In this document: positions 43,138 through 52,411 of the stretch, in pieces | Layout: every line of letters begins with the position of its first letter | How positions within the stretch are numbered: the stretch's first letter is position 1 | Source of the DNA: Pontiellaceae bacterium | GTDB lineage: Bacteria; Verrucomicrobiota; Kiritimatiellia; Kiritimatiellales; Tichowtungiaceae | Assembly: GCA_044224855.1 (NCBI GenBank) | Contig: JBGAJP010000003.1 | Location: 27,745 to 91,744 of the forward strand | Direction: 5' to 3' | DNA length: 64,000 bases | Notes under the pieces: model-generated | Databases searched by the model: none | Told to the model about the DNA's origin: nothing | What the model saw: the letters and a program-made list of their open reading frames with translations, nothing else | Translations under genes and position numbers: made by a program

Positions 43138-44162
43138 TACTTCTGACCGGCCAGTAGGCCGCAAGCGGCACCAATATCTTTGCCGCCGCTGTAGCGGCGG
43201 GCGAAGGGCGCGGCGAGGTGGCGGCGCAGGGCGTCGCGGAAGGCGTTTAATTCTTCCGGTGATGGCGGCGTAAATTTTCCGGACGGGTCGTTTACGTCAA
43301 TTAAGTCGAGTTTGACCGGCAGTCCGCGGGTGAGTTCCGCCAGCTGTTTGGCATCTTCTTCGCCGGTGTTGATGCCGGAAATCATCGTCCATGCCAGCGT
43401 GGTGCGTTCGCCGATGACGGCGTAGCGTTCGCGGAGTGCGGCCATCAGCTCGACGGTCGGATGCAAGCTTTCAACCGGCATGAGTTCGCGCCGTTTCTGC
43501 GGGTCGGCGGAGGTGAGCGATACGACCAGCCGGAACGGTTGTTTCTCGGCGGTGAACCGCCGGATGGCGGGCGCGATGCCGGAAGTGGAAACGGTAATGG
43601 CTTTGGCGGAGATGGCGCCGCCGCACGGTTCGGAGAGGATGCGCGCGGCGCGGATGACTTCGTCGTAGTTAAGGAACGGTTCGCCCATGCCCATGAAAAC
43701 CACGCCGCGCACCGGATGTTCGGAGTCGTCGCGGATTTTGAGTACCTGATCGACCATTTCCCATGCGGAGAGGTTGCGGATGAAGCCCATTCTGCCGGTG
43801 TAGCAGAACGAACAGCCCATCGCACAGCCGACCTGCGAGCTGACGCAGACGATATATTTCTGATCTTCCTCGCGGTGCAGCAGCGGAATGCGCACGGCTT
43901 CGAACGGTTCCGGGCCGTCGCCGCGAAACAAGTATTTGGCGAAGCCGTCCTGCGGCGAAACGGTTTTATTCTTCAGGGTCAGGTTCGGAATTTCCGCCGC
44001 GGCGCGGACGGCTTTCAGTGCCTTTTCCGAAATCTCGGCCTGTACCTCCGGCAACTGTCCTTTCCGGATGACGACGGCCTGAATCATCCGCGCCTGACGG
44101 AGCGTAATGCCGAGCTGGCTGTGCAGCTCTTCGGCGGTCTGGTTTTTCAGGAGGATCGACAT
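43137..44162 (-). CDS. rlmN: Radical SAM 23S rRNA/tRNA adenine-C2 methyltransferase (RlmN/Cfr family)
   Basis: CVSSQVGCAMGCSFCYTG cluster motif and C-terminal GKDIGAACGLL. Confidence 0.8.
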   Translation of the reverse strand: MSILLKNQTAEELHSQLGITLRQARMIQAVVIRKGQLPEVQAEISEKALKAVRAAAEIPNLTLKNKTVSPQDGFAKYLFRGDGPEPFEAVRIPLLHREEDQKYIVCVSSQVGCAMGCSFCYTGRMGFIRNLSAWEMVDQVLKIRDDSEHPVRGVVFMGMGEPFLNYDEVIRAARILSEPCGGAISAKAITVSTSGIAPAIRRFTAEKQPFRLVVSLTSADPQKRRELMPVESLHPTVELMAALRERYAVIGERTTLAWTMISGINTGEEDAKQLAELTRGLPVKLDLIDVNDPSGKFTPPSPEELNAFRDALRRHLAAPFARRYSGGKDIGAACGLLAGQK

Positions 44163-44218
44163 TCAGTTTCCAAGTTTAAACTTCCGCAGTGTCCGCTGTC
44201 CGGATAAAATCCGCAACC

Positions 44219-44677
44219 ATGAAGAAGCCCGGAACGTTCCTGCTGTTTATCGTCATTGCGTTTCTGCCGTCAGTCAGCGCTGTTTTCGTGGAGACCGGCG
44301 GCTGGTATGCGGCGCTGAATAAGCCGTCCTGGAATCCGCCCGGCTGGCTTTTCGGTCCGGTGTGGTCGTGTCTTTATCTGATGATCGGGCTGGCGGGCTA
44401 TTTTGCATGGACGCGCGGCAGACCTGCCGAGCGGAGTGCTGTCTTTACTGTTTACGGCGCGCAGCTTCTGGTGAACGGACTCTGGAGCTGGATCTTTTTC
44501 GGCCTGCACCGGCCCGACTGGGCGATGGCTGATCTGCTGCTGCTCTGGTTTTTGATTCCGCTCTGCCTTTGGCTTTTCGCTCAACAAAGCCGGCCGGCGG
44601 CGTGGCTGATGTTTCCGTATTTCCTGTGGGTCTCGTTCGCCGGAGTGCTGAATGCGGCGATCTGGATGATGAACTGA
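44219..44677 (+). CDS. tspO: TspO/MBR tryptophan-rich sensory protein
   Basis: LNKPSWNPPGWLFGPVWSCLYLMIGLAGYFAW and five TM helices. Confidence 0.85.
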   Translation: MKKPGTFLLFIVIAFLPSVSAVFVETGGWYAALNKPSWNPPGWLFGPVWSCLYLMIGLAGYFAWTRGRPAERSAVFTVYGAQLLVNGLWSWIFFGLHRPDWAMADLLLLWFLIPLCLWLFAQQSRPAAWLMFPYFLWVSFAGVLNAAIWMMN

Positions 44678-44724
44678 TCGGATTTTTGCTTTCCGGAAAG
44701 CGGAGCTTCGGCTACTTTCCGCGC

Positions 44725-45477
44725 ATGGCCGTTAAACCAAATGCCGATTGGACTCCGGAGCTGGACAAAGAAAACGACAAAGCCGTCTGGGTGCATGTCA
44801 TCCCGTATCTGGCATGGCTGTTGATGATGTCTTTGCTGGGCGATCCATCCGGAACGCGCTACGCCATTCAGACCGTCGGCGGCATTATTCTCCTGCTGAT
44901 CTGCCGTCCGTGGCGCTGGTACACACCGCCGCAGCTCAAAAATATTCCGCTCGCGCTGGCGGTCGGTCTGCTGGTGTTTGTTTTCTGGGTCGGCCCGGAA
45001 TCCGAGTTTTTCAGAAGCGTCTTTCCAAAGATCAGCGAATTTTATGACCGGTATTTTGTTGAGCTGATCCGGCTCGGGGACCTGCGCCAGCCGCTGGAGC
45101 TGGGTGCCAACGGACTTCACCACTATGATCCGCGAACCACCGGCTGGCCGCTTTTCTGGGTGCATATGTTCGGCACCACCGTGATCATCGGCGCCATCGA
45201 AGAGTTCATGTTCCGCGGGTTTCTCTACCGCTGGATGCAGGGCAGCCCCTTCTTTAAGAAAGACATCGGCGCGATGGACTCGAAAATGTGCATCCTTGTC
45301 GCCGTGCTCTTTGCGCTCGAGCACAACGAATGGCTGATGGGCTTTCTCTGCGGACTTTTCTTCACCTGGCTGATGGTCAGAACCCGCGATATCTGGGCCG
45401 CCGTTCTGGCGCATGCCTTCACCAACGGCCTGCTCGGCTGGTACGCCGTCAAAACCGGCGCCTACTGGTTCTGGTAA
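44725..45477 (+). CDS. CPBP (CAAX protease / Abi) family intramembrane metalloprotease
   Basis: Motif 1 GAIEEFMFRGFLY, motif 2 FALEHN, motif 3 AHAFTNGL. Confidence 0.8.
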   Translation: MAVKPNADWTPELDKENDKAVWVHVIPYLAWLLMMSLLGDPSGTRYAIQTVGGIILLLICRPWRWYTPPQLKNIPLALAVGLLVFVFWVGPESEFFRSVFPKISEFYDRYFVELIRLGDLRQPLELGANGLHHYDPRTTGWPLFWVHMFGTTVIIGAIEEFMFRGFLYRWMQGSPFFKKDIGAMDSKMCILVAVLFALEHNEWLMGFLCGLFFTWLMVRTRDIWAAVLAHAFTNGLLGWYAVKTGAYWFW

Positions 45478-45571
45478 CCGGCCGCGCCGGTTGTTTTTCA
45501 GGAATCCGTTCTTCCAAGGCTTGTAAAGATATGTCAGAAACTTTCCTGACGCTTTACGGAGACAGCCTGAC

Positions 45572-46093
45572 ATGAACGAACTGAAATTGATTGAACCTCT
45601 GATTCTGACTCTGCGAGGTCAGAAGGTAATTCTGGATACTGATCTTGCGGAGATTTACGGCGTGCCTACTAAGCGGCTCAATGAGCAAATTAAACGCAAT
45701 GCCGATCGGTTTCCCGAAGATTTTATGTTTCGCCTTACGGAAGCGGAGAAAAACGAGGTGGTCGCAAATTGCGACCACCTCCAGAAGCTCAAATTTTCTC
45801 CGCAATTACCAGCCGCCTTCACCGAACACGGCGCGATTATGGCGGCGACGGTGCTGAGCAGTCCGGAAGCTGTTGCGATGAGCGTGTTTGTGGTGCGGGC
45901 GTTTGTCCGGATGCGCGAACAGCTGGCCGCCAACGCGGCGATTCTCAAACGGCTGGCTGAAATTGATAAGACCCTGCTGGAACACGACCGGGCGCTGGGC
46001 GTGATCTGGGAACAGCTTCAGCCGCTGCTGGCTCCGCCGCCGGAGCCGCCCAAGCGGCAGATCGGGTTCGATTGCCACCGGAAAGATGAATGA
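45572..46093 (+). CDS. ORF6N (KilA-N-related) DNA-binding domain protein
   Basis: LRGQKVILDTDLAEIYGVPTKRLNEQIKRNADRFPEDFMFRLT is the ORF6N signature. Confidence 0.75.
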   Translation: MNELKLIEPLILTLRGQKVILDTDLAEIYGVPTKRLNEQIKRNADRFPEDFMFRLTEAEKNEVVANCDHLQKLKFSPQLPAAFTEHGAIMAATVLSSPEAVAMSVFVVRAFVRMREQLAANAAILKRLAEIDKTLLEHDRALGVIWEQLQPLLAPPPEPPKRQIGFDCHRKDE

Positions 46094-46201
46094 CAGCAAA
46101 GGCTTTCGCCGCAAAATTCACCAAGTTAAGGAGTGTAAAAAACTGCTGAATTTGGTCTTCTTGAAGCACAATAGCCGCCGCAGAGCGGTCAGGAGGACTC
46201 T

Positions 46202-47395
46202 ATGGGAAAATGGATGCTGGGCTTGATGGTTGCAGCGATAGCTGCCGGCGGATATGGCAACGACTGGCCGGTTTGGCGAGGTCCAGATAATAACGGAATT
46301 TCAAAAGAGACCGGCTGGGATCCCAGGAGTGCCAAAAAACTCTGGACGAAGGAACTGGGCGACGGCTACTCATCGGTCAGCGTCAAAGACGGCCGGCTTT
46401 ACACGACCGGGTTTTCATCCGGCGCTGACAAGGCGGGCAAAGACACGGTTTATTGTCTCGATGCAAAAACCGGAAAAGAAATCTGGAGCCACTCGTATCC
46501 CAGTCAGTCCGGATCGTACAAGGGTCCGCGCGCCACGCCGGTTTGTGACGGCGACGTGGTTTATATGTTCAGCCGCGAAGGTCTGCTGATCTGTCTCGAC
46601 GCCGCTTCCGGCAAAGTGAAGTGGGAAACGGATGTACTCACCGGAACCGGCAACCAGAACATTAAATGGGGGCTGTCCTCCTCTCCGGTTGTTGAAGGCG
46701 ACCTGATTCTGCTTAACGTTGGTTCCACCGGAACGGCCGTTGACAAAAACAGCGGCAAAATCAAATGGAAGAGCGCCGGAACCTCCGGTTACGCCTCGCC
46801 GGTAGTCTTTGATTTCAAAGGCAAACGCTGCGCCGCGATCTTTTCAGCGCCCGGTCTTCAGGTGGTCGATGTCAAAACCGGCGGTAAGATCAGCTCCTTT
46901 AACTGGGAAACCAAATACGACGTCAACAGCGCCGACCCGCTGGTTATCGGCGATCGGATCTTCATCTCTTCCGGTTACGCCCGCGGCTGCGGCATGCTCG
47001 ATTTTTCCTCCGGCGAACTGAAACCGGTGTGGGAAAACAGCCTGATCAAAGCGCATTTCGGCAGCAGTGTCTGTATCGACGGGTTCATCTACGGTGTCGA
47101 CGGACAGGCTAAAGGAAAAGGCCCGCTGCGCTGTGTTTCCGCCGCTGACGGTTCCGAGCAGTGGAACGCGCCGGTCAACTTCGGCTCGCTGATGGCCGCC
47201 GACGGCAAGCTGATTGTACTCGGCGAAGACGGAACACTTATCTTCGCGGATGTCTCTGCCGAAAAATATACCGAGATTTCCAGAATGGACACCGGAATCG
47301 GCCCGCTCTGCTGGACCGCGCCGGTATTGGCGAACGGCATCATCTACTGCCGCAATGACAAGGGAACGCTCGTCGCGATCGATGTCAGCAAATAA
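46202..47395 (+). CDS. PQQ-like beta-propeller repeat protein, paralog P1 (secreted)
   Basis: AGGAGG RBS and a signal peptide. N-terminal motif NDWPVWRGPDNNG, followed by repeated blade-like units such as VKDGRLY, GDVVYMF and CLDAKTGKEIW. Confidence 0.8.
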   Translation: MGKWMLGLMVAAIAAGGYGNDWPVWRGPDNNGISKETGWDPRSAKKLWTKELGDGYSSVSVKDGRLYTTGFSSGADKAGKDTVYCLDAKTGKEIWSHSYPSQSGSYKGPRATPVCDGDVVYMFSREGLLICLDAASGKVKWETDVLTGTGNQNIKWGLSSSPVVEGDLILLNVGSTGTAVDKNSGKIKWKSAGTSGYASPVVFDFKGKRCAAIFSAPGLQVVDVKTGGKISSFNWETKYDVNSADPLVIGDRIFISSGYARGCGMLDFSSGELKPVWENSLIKAHFGSSVCIDGFIYGVDGQAKGKGPLRCVSAADGSEQWNAPVNFGSLMAADGKLIVLGEDGTLIFADVSAEKYTEISRMDTGIGPLCWTAPVLANGIIYCRNDKGTLVAIDVSK

Positions 47396-48077
47396 GACAC
47401 TCCTGATCTGCCGCTGCGCCGGGCGCCGCCTGCTTAAACAGGAGGCGCTCGAACCGCTTTTGCGGCAGGACGGGGCGGTTACGGTTCCCGATCTCTGTCA
47501 GGCCGCCGCTGCAAAAGACCCGGTTCTTGGGCAAATCGCCGGCGCGGAATTTCCGGTCGTTTGCGCCTGCCATCCGCGCGCGGTTCGCGCGCTCTTTGCG
47601 TTTGCCGGGTTTCCGCTTCCGCAAAACACGGAATTTATAAACCTTCGCATTTCATCCGGCGGTTCATCCGTTCAATCGGATGCCGCCTGGTATCCGGTCA
47701 TAGACGAAAACCGCTGCACGAACTGCGGGCAGTGTTTCGAGTTCTGCCTTTTCGGTGTCTATGAAAAGAATTCCGCCGGGAAAGTCCGCGTGGTGAATCC
47801 GCACAGCTGCAAAAACAACTGTCCGGCCTGTGCCCGGATCTGTCCCGCCGCCGCCATTATTTTCCCCAAAGTCGGCGAAGCGCCGATCAACGGCGCAGAA
47901 ATTTCCGACGAGGAAGCCCTTAAGGCGAACATCAAAATCAACGTCGACGAAATTCTTGGCGGCGATGTTTACGCCGCGCTGAATGCCCGCAAACAGAAGC
48001 GCCGCTCGCTGCTCGATCAAAAGAAAATCGAGCAGGCGCTGGCGGAGCGGAAGAAATGTTCGGAGGGCAGCGTATGA
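47382..48077 (+). CDS. 4Fe-4S dicluster ferredoxin-domain protein with a Cys-rich N-terminal domain
   Basis: CTNCGQCFEFC and CKNNCPACARICP. The start at MSANKT overlaps the end of P1 by 14 nt. Confidence 0.7.
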   Translation: MSANKTLLICRCAGRRLLKQEALEPLLRQDGAVTVPDLCQAAAAKDPVLGQIAGAEFPVVCACHPRAVRALFAFAGFPLPQNTEFINLRISSGGSSVQSDAAWYPVIDENRCTNCGQCFEFCLFGVYEKNSAGKVRVVNPHSCKNNCPACARICPAAAIIFPKVGEAPINGAEISDEEALKANIKINVDEILGGDVYAALNARKQKRRSLLDQKKIEQALAERKKCSEGSV

Positions 48078-49267
48078 GCGCCACGTTGATGAAACGGATG
48101 CTGACCGAGCCGGACAAGCGACTGCTGTGGAAGTTCGCCTATAACTTCGGCTTTAAAGGAATGCGCTCCATCGAAAAATTCCAGAAGCGCCTCAAGCGCG
48201 GCGAATATTTCCCGGCCTTTTTATTTCTGTCGGTCACCAACGCCTGCAATCTTGCCTGTCAGGGATGCTGGGTGTCACAAACCAATCCGCCCAAACAGAT
48301 CGCGCCCGGAACGCTTGATAACGTCATCACCGAATGTAAGGCGCAGGGTTCCTGTTTCTTCGGTATCCTCGGCGGCGAACCGCTGCTCTATGACGGCCTC
48401 TTCAAGGTTTTCGAAAAACATCCCGACTGCTATTTCCTGCTCTTCACCAATGGCACGATGATCACAGACGCGGTCGCGAAAGAGATGCGGCGTATCGGCA
48501 ACATCAGTCCGCTCATCAGCATCGAAGGGCTTGAGGAAGTCAGCGACGTGCGCCGCGGCGGAAACAAGGTGTATGAACAGACGCTGGCGGGACTGGCTAA
48601 CTGCCGCGCGAACCGTCTGGTTACCGGTGTCTGCACCAGCGTCTGCAAATCCAACATCGACGACCTGGCTACCGAAAAGTTCGTGAACGATGCCGCCGCG
48701 TTCGGCGCGCACTATCTCTGGTATTACATCTACCGCCCGGTCGGACCGAATCCGTCGCCGGAACTCGCGCTTGACGCGGAACAGATCACCCGCCTGCGCC
48801 GCTTCATCGTCGATATCCGCCTCACAGCGCCGCTGGTGGTGGTTGACGCCTACTGGGACGATAAAGGCCGGGCGCTCTGCCCGGCGGCAGTCGGCATCGC
48901 CAATCACGTCAGTCCTGACGGTTATATCGAACCGTGCCCGCCGCTTCAGTTCGCCAAGGACAACATCGGCGACGGAACCGGGCTCTACGACCTTTTCAAC
49001 CATTCCGAATTTCTCGCTGACTTCCGCCGGATGTGCTGCAAAACCACGCAGGGCTGCATCATCATGGAACATCCCGATCAGCTCGCGGACTTTATCAAAC
49101 GCGAAGATGCGGTCGACAGCTCCGGGCGCGGCACGCTGCTGGCCGAGCTTGGCCGGACGTGTCCTTGCGGCAGCCACCATCAGCCCGGCGAAGAAATTCC
49201 GGAGCGCAGTTGGGCCTACCGTTTTGCGAAGAAAAACTGGTTTTTCGGTTTCGGAGCGTACGGGTGA
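48074..49267 (+). CDS. Radical SAM protein, subfamily not recognised
   Basis: SVTNACNLACQGCW (CX3CX2C) and GGEPLL. C-terminal Cys-rich region. ATGA overlap with the ferredoxin gene. Confidence 0.8.
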   Translation: MSATLMKRMLTEPDKRLLWKFAYNFGFKGMRSIEKFQKRLKRGEYFPAFLFLSVTNACNLACQGCWVSQTNPPKQIAPGTLDNVITECKAQGSCFFGILGGEPLLYDGLFKVFEKHPDCYFLLFTNGTMITDAVAKEMRRIGNISPLISIEGLEEVSDVRRGGNKVYEQTLAGLANCRANRLVTGVCTSVCKSNIDDLATEKFVNDAAAFGAHYLWYYIYRPVGPNPSPELALDAEQITRLRRFIVDIRLTAPLVVVDAYWDDKGRALCPAAVGIANHVSPDGYIEPCPPLQFAKDNIGDGTGLYDLFNHSEFLADFRRMCCKTTQGCIIMEHPDQLADFIKREDAVDSSGRGTLLAELGRTCPCGSHHQPGEEIPERSWAYRFAKKNWFFGFGAYG

Positions 49268-50790
49268 TGAAACAGACGGCGGCAAAATACGGAGTTCCGA
49301 CGGAACGGTTCGAACGCGAGCAGCTCATGCTCGCAGTTTCCCGGTATGCCGCGGAACATCAGCTGGTGCCGCCGCTCTCGATAGAAGAACTGCGCGATCA
49401 CGCCGGAAATATTGCGGCCGATCCGGGCCTGATCGACTATGTGATGGTGCTGCTCAACAACGAAGTCTGGCGCGAAACAGTCGCTTCCATTCCGTACGAA
49501 CGCCGCCTGCTTCTTCTTCCGCAATGCCTGCGCGACATTCAAGCCTGTCCGGCCAAACTCGATGAGTTCGGCCTGCTCTGCGAAGAGTGCGGACGGTGCA
49601 ATATCGGCGGACTTCAGGCTCTCGCCGAAGAACTGGGTTACGTCGTACTGATCGCCGAAGGCTCAACGGTCGTTTCCAGACTGCTGGAAGGCGGCAAGGT
49701 CGATGCGGTCATCGGCGTCAGCTGCCTCGCCGCGCTGGAAAAATCTTTTTCGCGCATGGCGGATGGTGCCATTCCCGGTCTCGCGATTCCGCTGACCGTT
49801 GATGGCTGCGCCGGAACTGAAATAGACGTCGAGCATGTCCGCGATGCGATCAAACTGAAATCTTCCGCACCGTGGAAAAACACGCTCGATACCGCCCGTC
49901 TGCACGAAGTCGTCGACGGATGGTTTTCCGCCGTCGGCGATTGGAATACGGAAACCCGTACCGGCCAGATCGCCTGCGAGTGGCTGCTCAAAGACGGCAA
50001 GCGCTGGCGTCCGTATCTGCTGGCTTGCACCTACAGCGCGCTCAACGGCGGCACAACGGAACTGCCCGACGAAGTCCGCCGCCTCGCCATTGCCGTCGAA
50101 TGTTTTCACAAAGCTTCGCTTATTCACGATGACATCGAAGACGGCGACGACCTGCGTTACGGCGAGCCTGCGCTTCACCGTCAATACGGACTTGCCGTTG
50201 CCATCAACGCCGGCGACCTGCTGGTCGGCGAAGGCTACCGCTGGATCGCTTCCGTCGAAACCCGTACCGCCGAACTGCTGCGTATTGCCGCAGAAAATCA
50301 CCGTACTCTCTGCCTCGGGCAGGGCGAGGAACTCTACGGTCTTGCGAACGGAACAGCGTTTACCGCGAAAGAGATCATTGAAATTTTCCGGCGCAAAACC
50401 GCGCCGGCTTTCGGCGCGGCGCTTCTGCTCGGCGCCGTCGCTGCCGGAGCGGACCGCGCGCTGCTCGAAACGCTCCAGTCTTTCAGCGAATCGCTTGGTA
50501 TCGCCTACCAGATCCGCGACGATCTCGAAGAATACAAATCCGGCGAAGCACGCGACCTGCGTGCTTCGCTGCTGCTCGCGCTGGCCAATGACCATTCGCC
50601 GGCGCTCCGGCTGACCGCTGAAACCGCGCAGTTGAGCCACCTCTTTGATGAACTGATGATTCCAGAAAAAGCGGCGCAGCTGCTGGAGCACTATAAAAAC
50701 GAAGCGGTCCGCGCACTGAACCCGCTGAAAAACGCGTTGCTCAAAAGTCTGCTCCGGCGGGTTGCCGCTAAAATGCTGGGCGGAGGATGA
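49267..50790 (+). CDS. Fusion of a DUF116-like Cys-rich domain and a trans-polyprenyl diphosphate synthase
   Basis: The N-terminal half has LPQCLRDIQACP...LLCEECGRCNIGG. The C-terminal half has GKRWRP, FARM LIHDDIEDGDDLR, KTAPAF, and a variant second Asp-rich motif IRDDLEE. Confidence 0.75.
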   Translation: MKQTAAKYGVPTERFEREQLMLAVSRYAAEHQLVPPLSIEELRDHAGNIAADPGLIDYVMVLLNNEVWRETVASIPYERRLLLLPQCLRDIQACPAKLDEFGLLCEECGRCNIGGLQALAEELGYVVLIAEGSTVVSRLLEGGKVDAVIGVSCLAALEKSFSRMADGAIPGLAIPLTVDGCAGTEIDVEHVRDAIKLKSSAPWKNTLDTARLHEVVDGWFSAVGDWNTETRTGQIACEWLLKDGKRWRPYLLACTYSALNGGTTELPDEVRRLAIAVECFHKASLIHDDIEDGDDLRYGEPALHRQYGLAVAINAGDLLVGEGYRWIASVETRTAELLRIAAENHRTLCLGQGEELYGLANGTAFTAKEIIEIFRRKTAPAFGAALLLGAVAAGADRALLETLQSFSESLGIAYQIRDDLEEYKSGEARDLRASLLLALANDHSPALRLTAETAQLSHLFDELMIPEKAAQLLEHYKNEAVRALNPLKNALLKSLLRRVAAKMLGGG

Positions 50791-50794
50791 CGCC

Positions 50795-51574
50795 ATGGAA
50801 TCTCTGGCCGACCGCCTGATTCACGCCGCCGCCTGCTCCCGCCGGTTTCTGGAACAGGAATCGCGCAGTCAAATCGCCCGCTTCATTCTCAGCCGGCAGA
50901 ATTCTGACGGCGGGTTTCGAGGAAAAAGCGCGGAGAGCGATCTCTACTATACGGTTTTTGCTGCGGCCGGGCTGAAGGCGCTCGGCTGGCGTATTCCGGC
51001 ATGGTCGCTTTGGAAATACATCAGGCAGTTCGGTTCGGGCGAAGAGCTCGATCTGGTTCATCTGTTCTGTCTGATCCGCTTGCGCGCAGCTTTTCCGATG
51101 ACGGGTAAAACGAGGCGTCAGCTTTTCCGGAACATGGAAGAACTGCCTGCGGACTCAGCTTATGATTTTTTCCTGAAACAGCTGTCCGGGGATTGCCTGG
51201 GAATCGCCCGTCTGCCGGTTGCGCCGCGACCCGTTTCGCTTACGGATCCGACGCCGAATCTCGCGGCGGCGATCGTCGTCAACCGGACCGAGGGGAAAGT
51301 CGCCGCCGGGGTATTGCTCAATCGGATTTGCAGTTCCGGCGGCTTTGCCGCAACGGATCAGCTGAATTCCGCCGACCTGCTGTCCACCGCTACGGCGCTG
51401 TTTGCGCTGAGGATTCTCCATGCGGATCTCGATCCGGTCCGCCGCCCGTGTATGGAATTTATCGAATCGCTCTGGCGCGACAGCGGCGGCTTCGCCGGAC
51501 ATGTAACGGACGAATTCGAAGACGTCGAATACACCTTCTACGCGCTGCTCAGTATCGGATGTTTAATGGAATGA
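50795..51574 (+). CDS. Prenyltransferase/squalene-oxidase repeat protein (protein-prenyltransferase beta-subunit-like alpha-alpha toroid)
   Basis: Repeated QNSDGGFRG, SSGGFAA and DSGGFAG motifs across 259 aa. Confidence 0.7.
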   Translation: MESLADRLIHAAACSRRFLEQESRSQIARFILSRQNSDGGFRGKSAESDLYYTVFAAAGLKALGWRIPAWSLWKYIRQFGSGEELDLVHLFCLIRLRAAFPMTGKTRRQLFRNMEELPADSAYDFFLKQLSGDCLGIARLPVAPRPVSLTDPTPNLAAAIVVNRTEGKVAAGVLLNRICSSGGFAATDQLNSADLLSTATALFALRILHADLDPVRRPCMEFIESLWRDSGGFAGHVTDEFEDVEYTFYALLSIGCLME

Positions 51575-51648
51575 TTTGCCGGATCCACGCCGGGTACGGC
51601 TGAGTTCCGGCAGTACTGGTAAAGCCGGACCTGAAAGTTCCGGCTTAT
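51573..51648 (+). repeat. REP-family element copy 3 (left flank of the RAYT gene)
   Basis: gatttgccggatccacgccgggtacggctgagttccggcagtact (45 nt identical to 52332-52376), then the hairpin aagccggacctgaaagttccggctt. Confidence 0.85.
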
Positions 51649-51714
51649 GGGTTGGAATGGTAAAGCCTGAGCTTAGCGCGAAGCGCGTAGCCCCGGCTTC
51701 AAATGGAGAGAAGG

Positions 51715-52329
51715 ATGGAAAATACAGTGAAGTTCTTCCGGCGGAACCTGCCTCACTGGCTGGTGTCAGACCGGTCATACTTCGTTACCATCCGTTTGCA
51801 TGGAACACTTCCGCAAACCGTTGTGCGGACTTTTCAGGAGGAGCGGGATCGTCTGGATGCTTCCTCGCCCGAGCTTATGGATTTACAGCGCAGACAGTTT
51901 TTGCAGTTGGAGAAAATGCTGGATGCGTGCGAAGCGGGGAGTGCTTGGCTGGCGAATCCTGATATTGCCGCCATGGTTTTGGAAAACCTGGATTGGCTTC
52001 GCGCGGAACGCGGATGGCGGATTTATGCCGGAGTCGTGATGCCAACGCATCTGCATTTACTGATGCGCAGTGAGGACGAACGATCCGGCGATCTCCTGAA
52101 TGATCTGGCTCATTTTAAACGCTTTTCAGCGAGCAAAGCGAATCAGATGCTGGGACGAACCGGGCCGTTCTGGGCGAGGGAACATTTTGATCATTGGATT
52201 CGAAACCGGGGAAAATTCGAAGGAACGGTTCGGTATATTCTAAACAATCCGGTGAAGGCCGGATTGGCGGCAGACTGGCGGGAATGGCCGTGGTATTGTC
52301 TGGATGACTCAATTCGGGAACTGGTTTGA
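51715..52329 (+). mobile_element. REP-associated tyrosine transposase (RAYT, IS200/Y1-type HUH)
   Basis: FFRRNLPHW, HUH motif PTHLHLLM, and C-terminal catalytic-Tyr context VRYILNNPVKAGL. Flanked by REP copies. An alternative ATG lies at 51703. Confidence 0.85.
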
Positions 52330-52331
52330 AA

Positions 52332-52409
52332 GATTTGCCGGATCCACGCCGGGTACGGCTGAGTTCCGGCAGTACTTTAGTAAAGCCGGAACTTTTAGGT
52401 CCGGCTTAT
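52332..52409 (+). repeat. REP-family element copy 4 (right flank of the RAYT gene)
   Basis: Same 45-mer, then the hairpin aagccggaacttttaggtccggctt. Confidence 0.85.
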
Positions 52410-52411
52410 GA

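Noticed and set aside
46086-46226. 46-codon ORF (MNDSKGFRRKIHQVKECKK...) upstream of P1, considered as a RiPP precursor for the radical SAM enzyme
   Set aside because: It overlaps both the ORF6N stop and the P1 start in another frame, has no RBS, and shows no leader/core-like features. No other room for a precursor peptide exists in the tightly packed operon.
44581-50796. Long minus-strand ORFs 44581-45573, 48275-49285 and 49663-50796 opposite the CPBP, radical SAM and polyprenyl synthase genes
   Set aside because: All three lack motifs, are Arg/Gly/Ala-rich, and lie antisense to well-supported genes. The same applies to 24434-25315, 29511-30593, 34050-34931, 35016-36119, 40297-41226, 43461-44207, 52475-53110 and 58051-58953.
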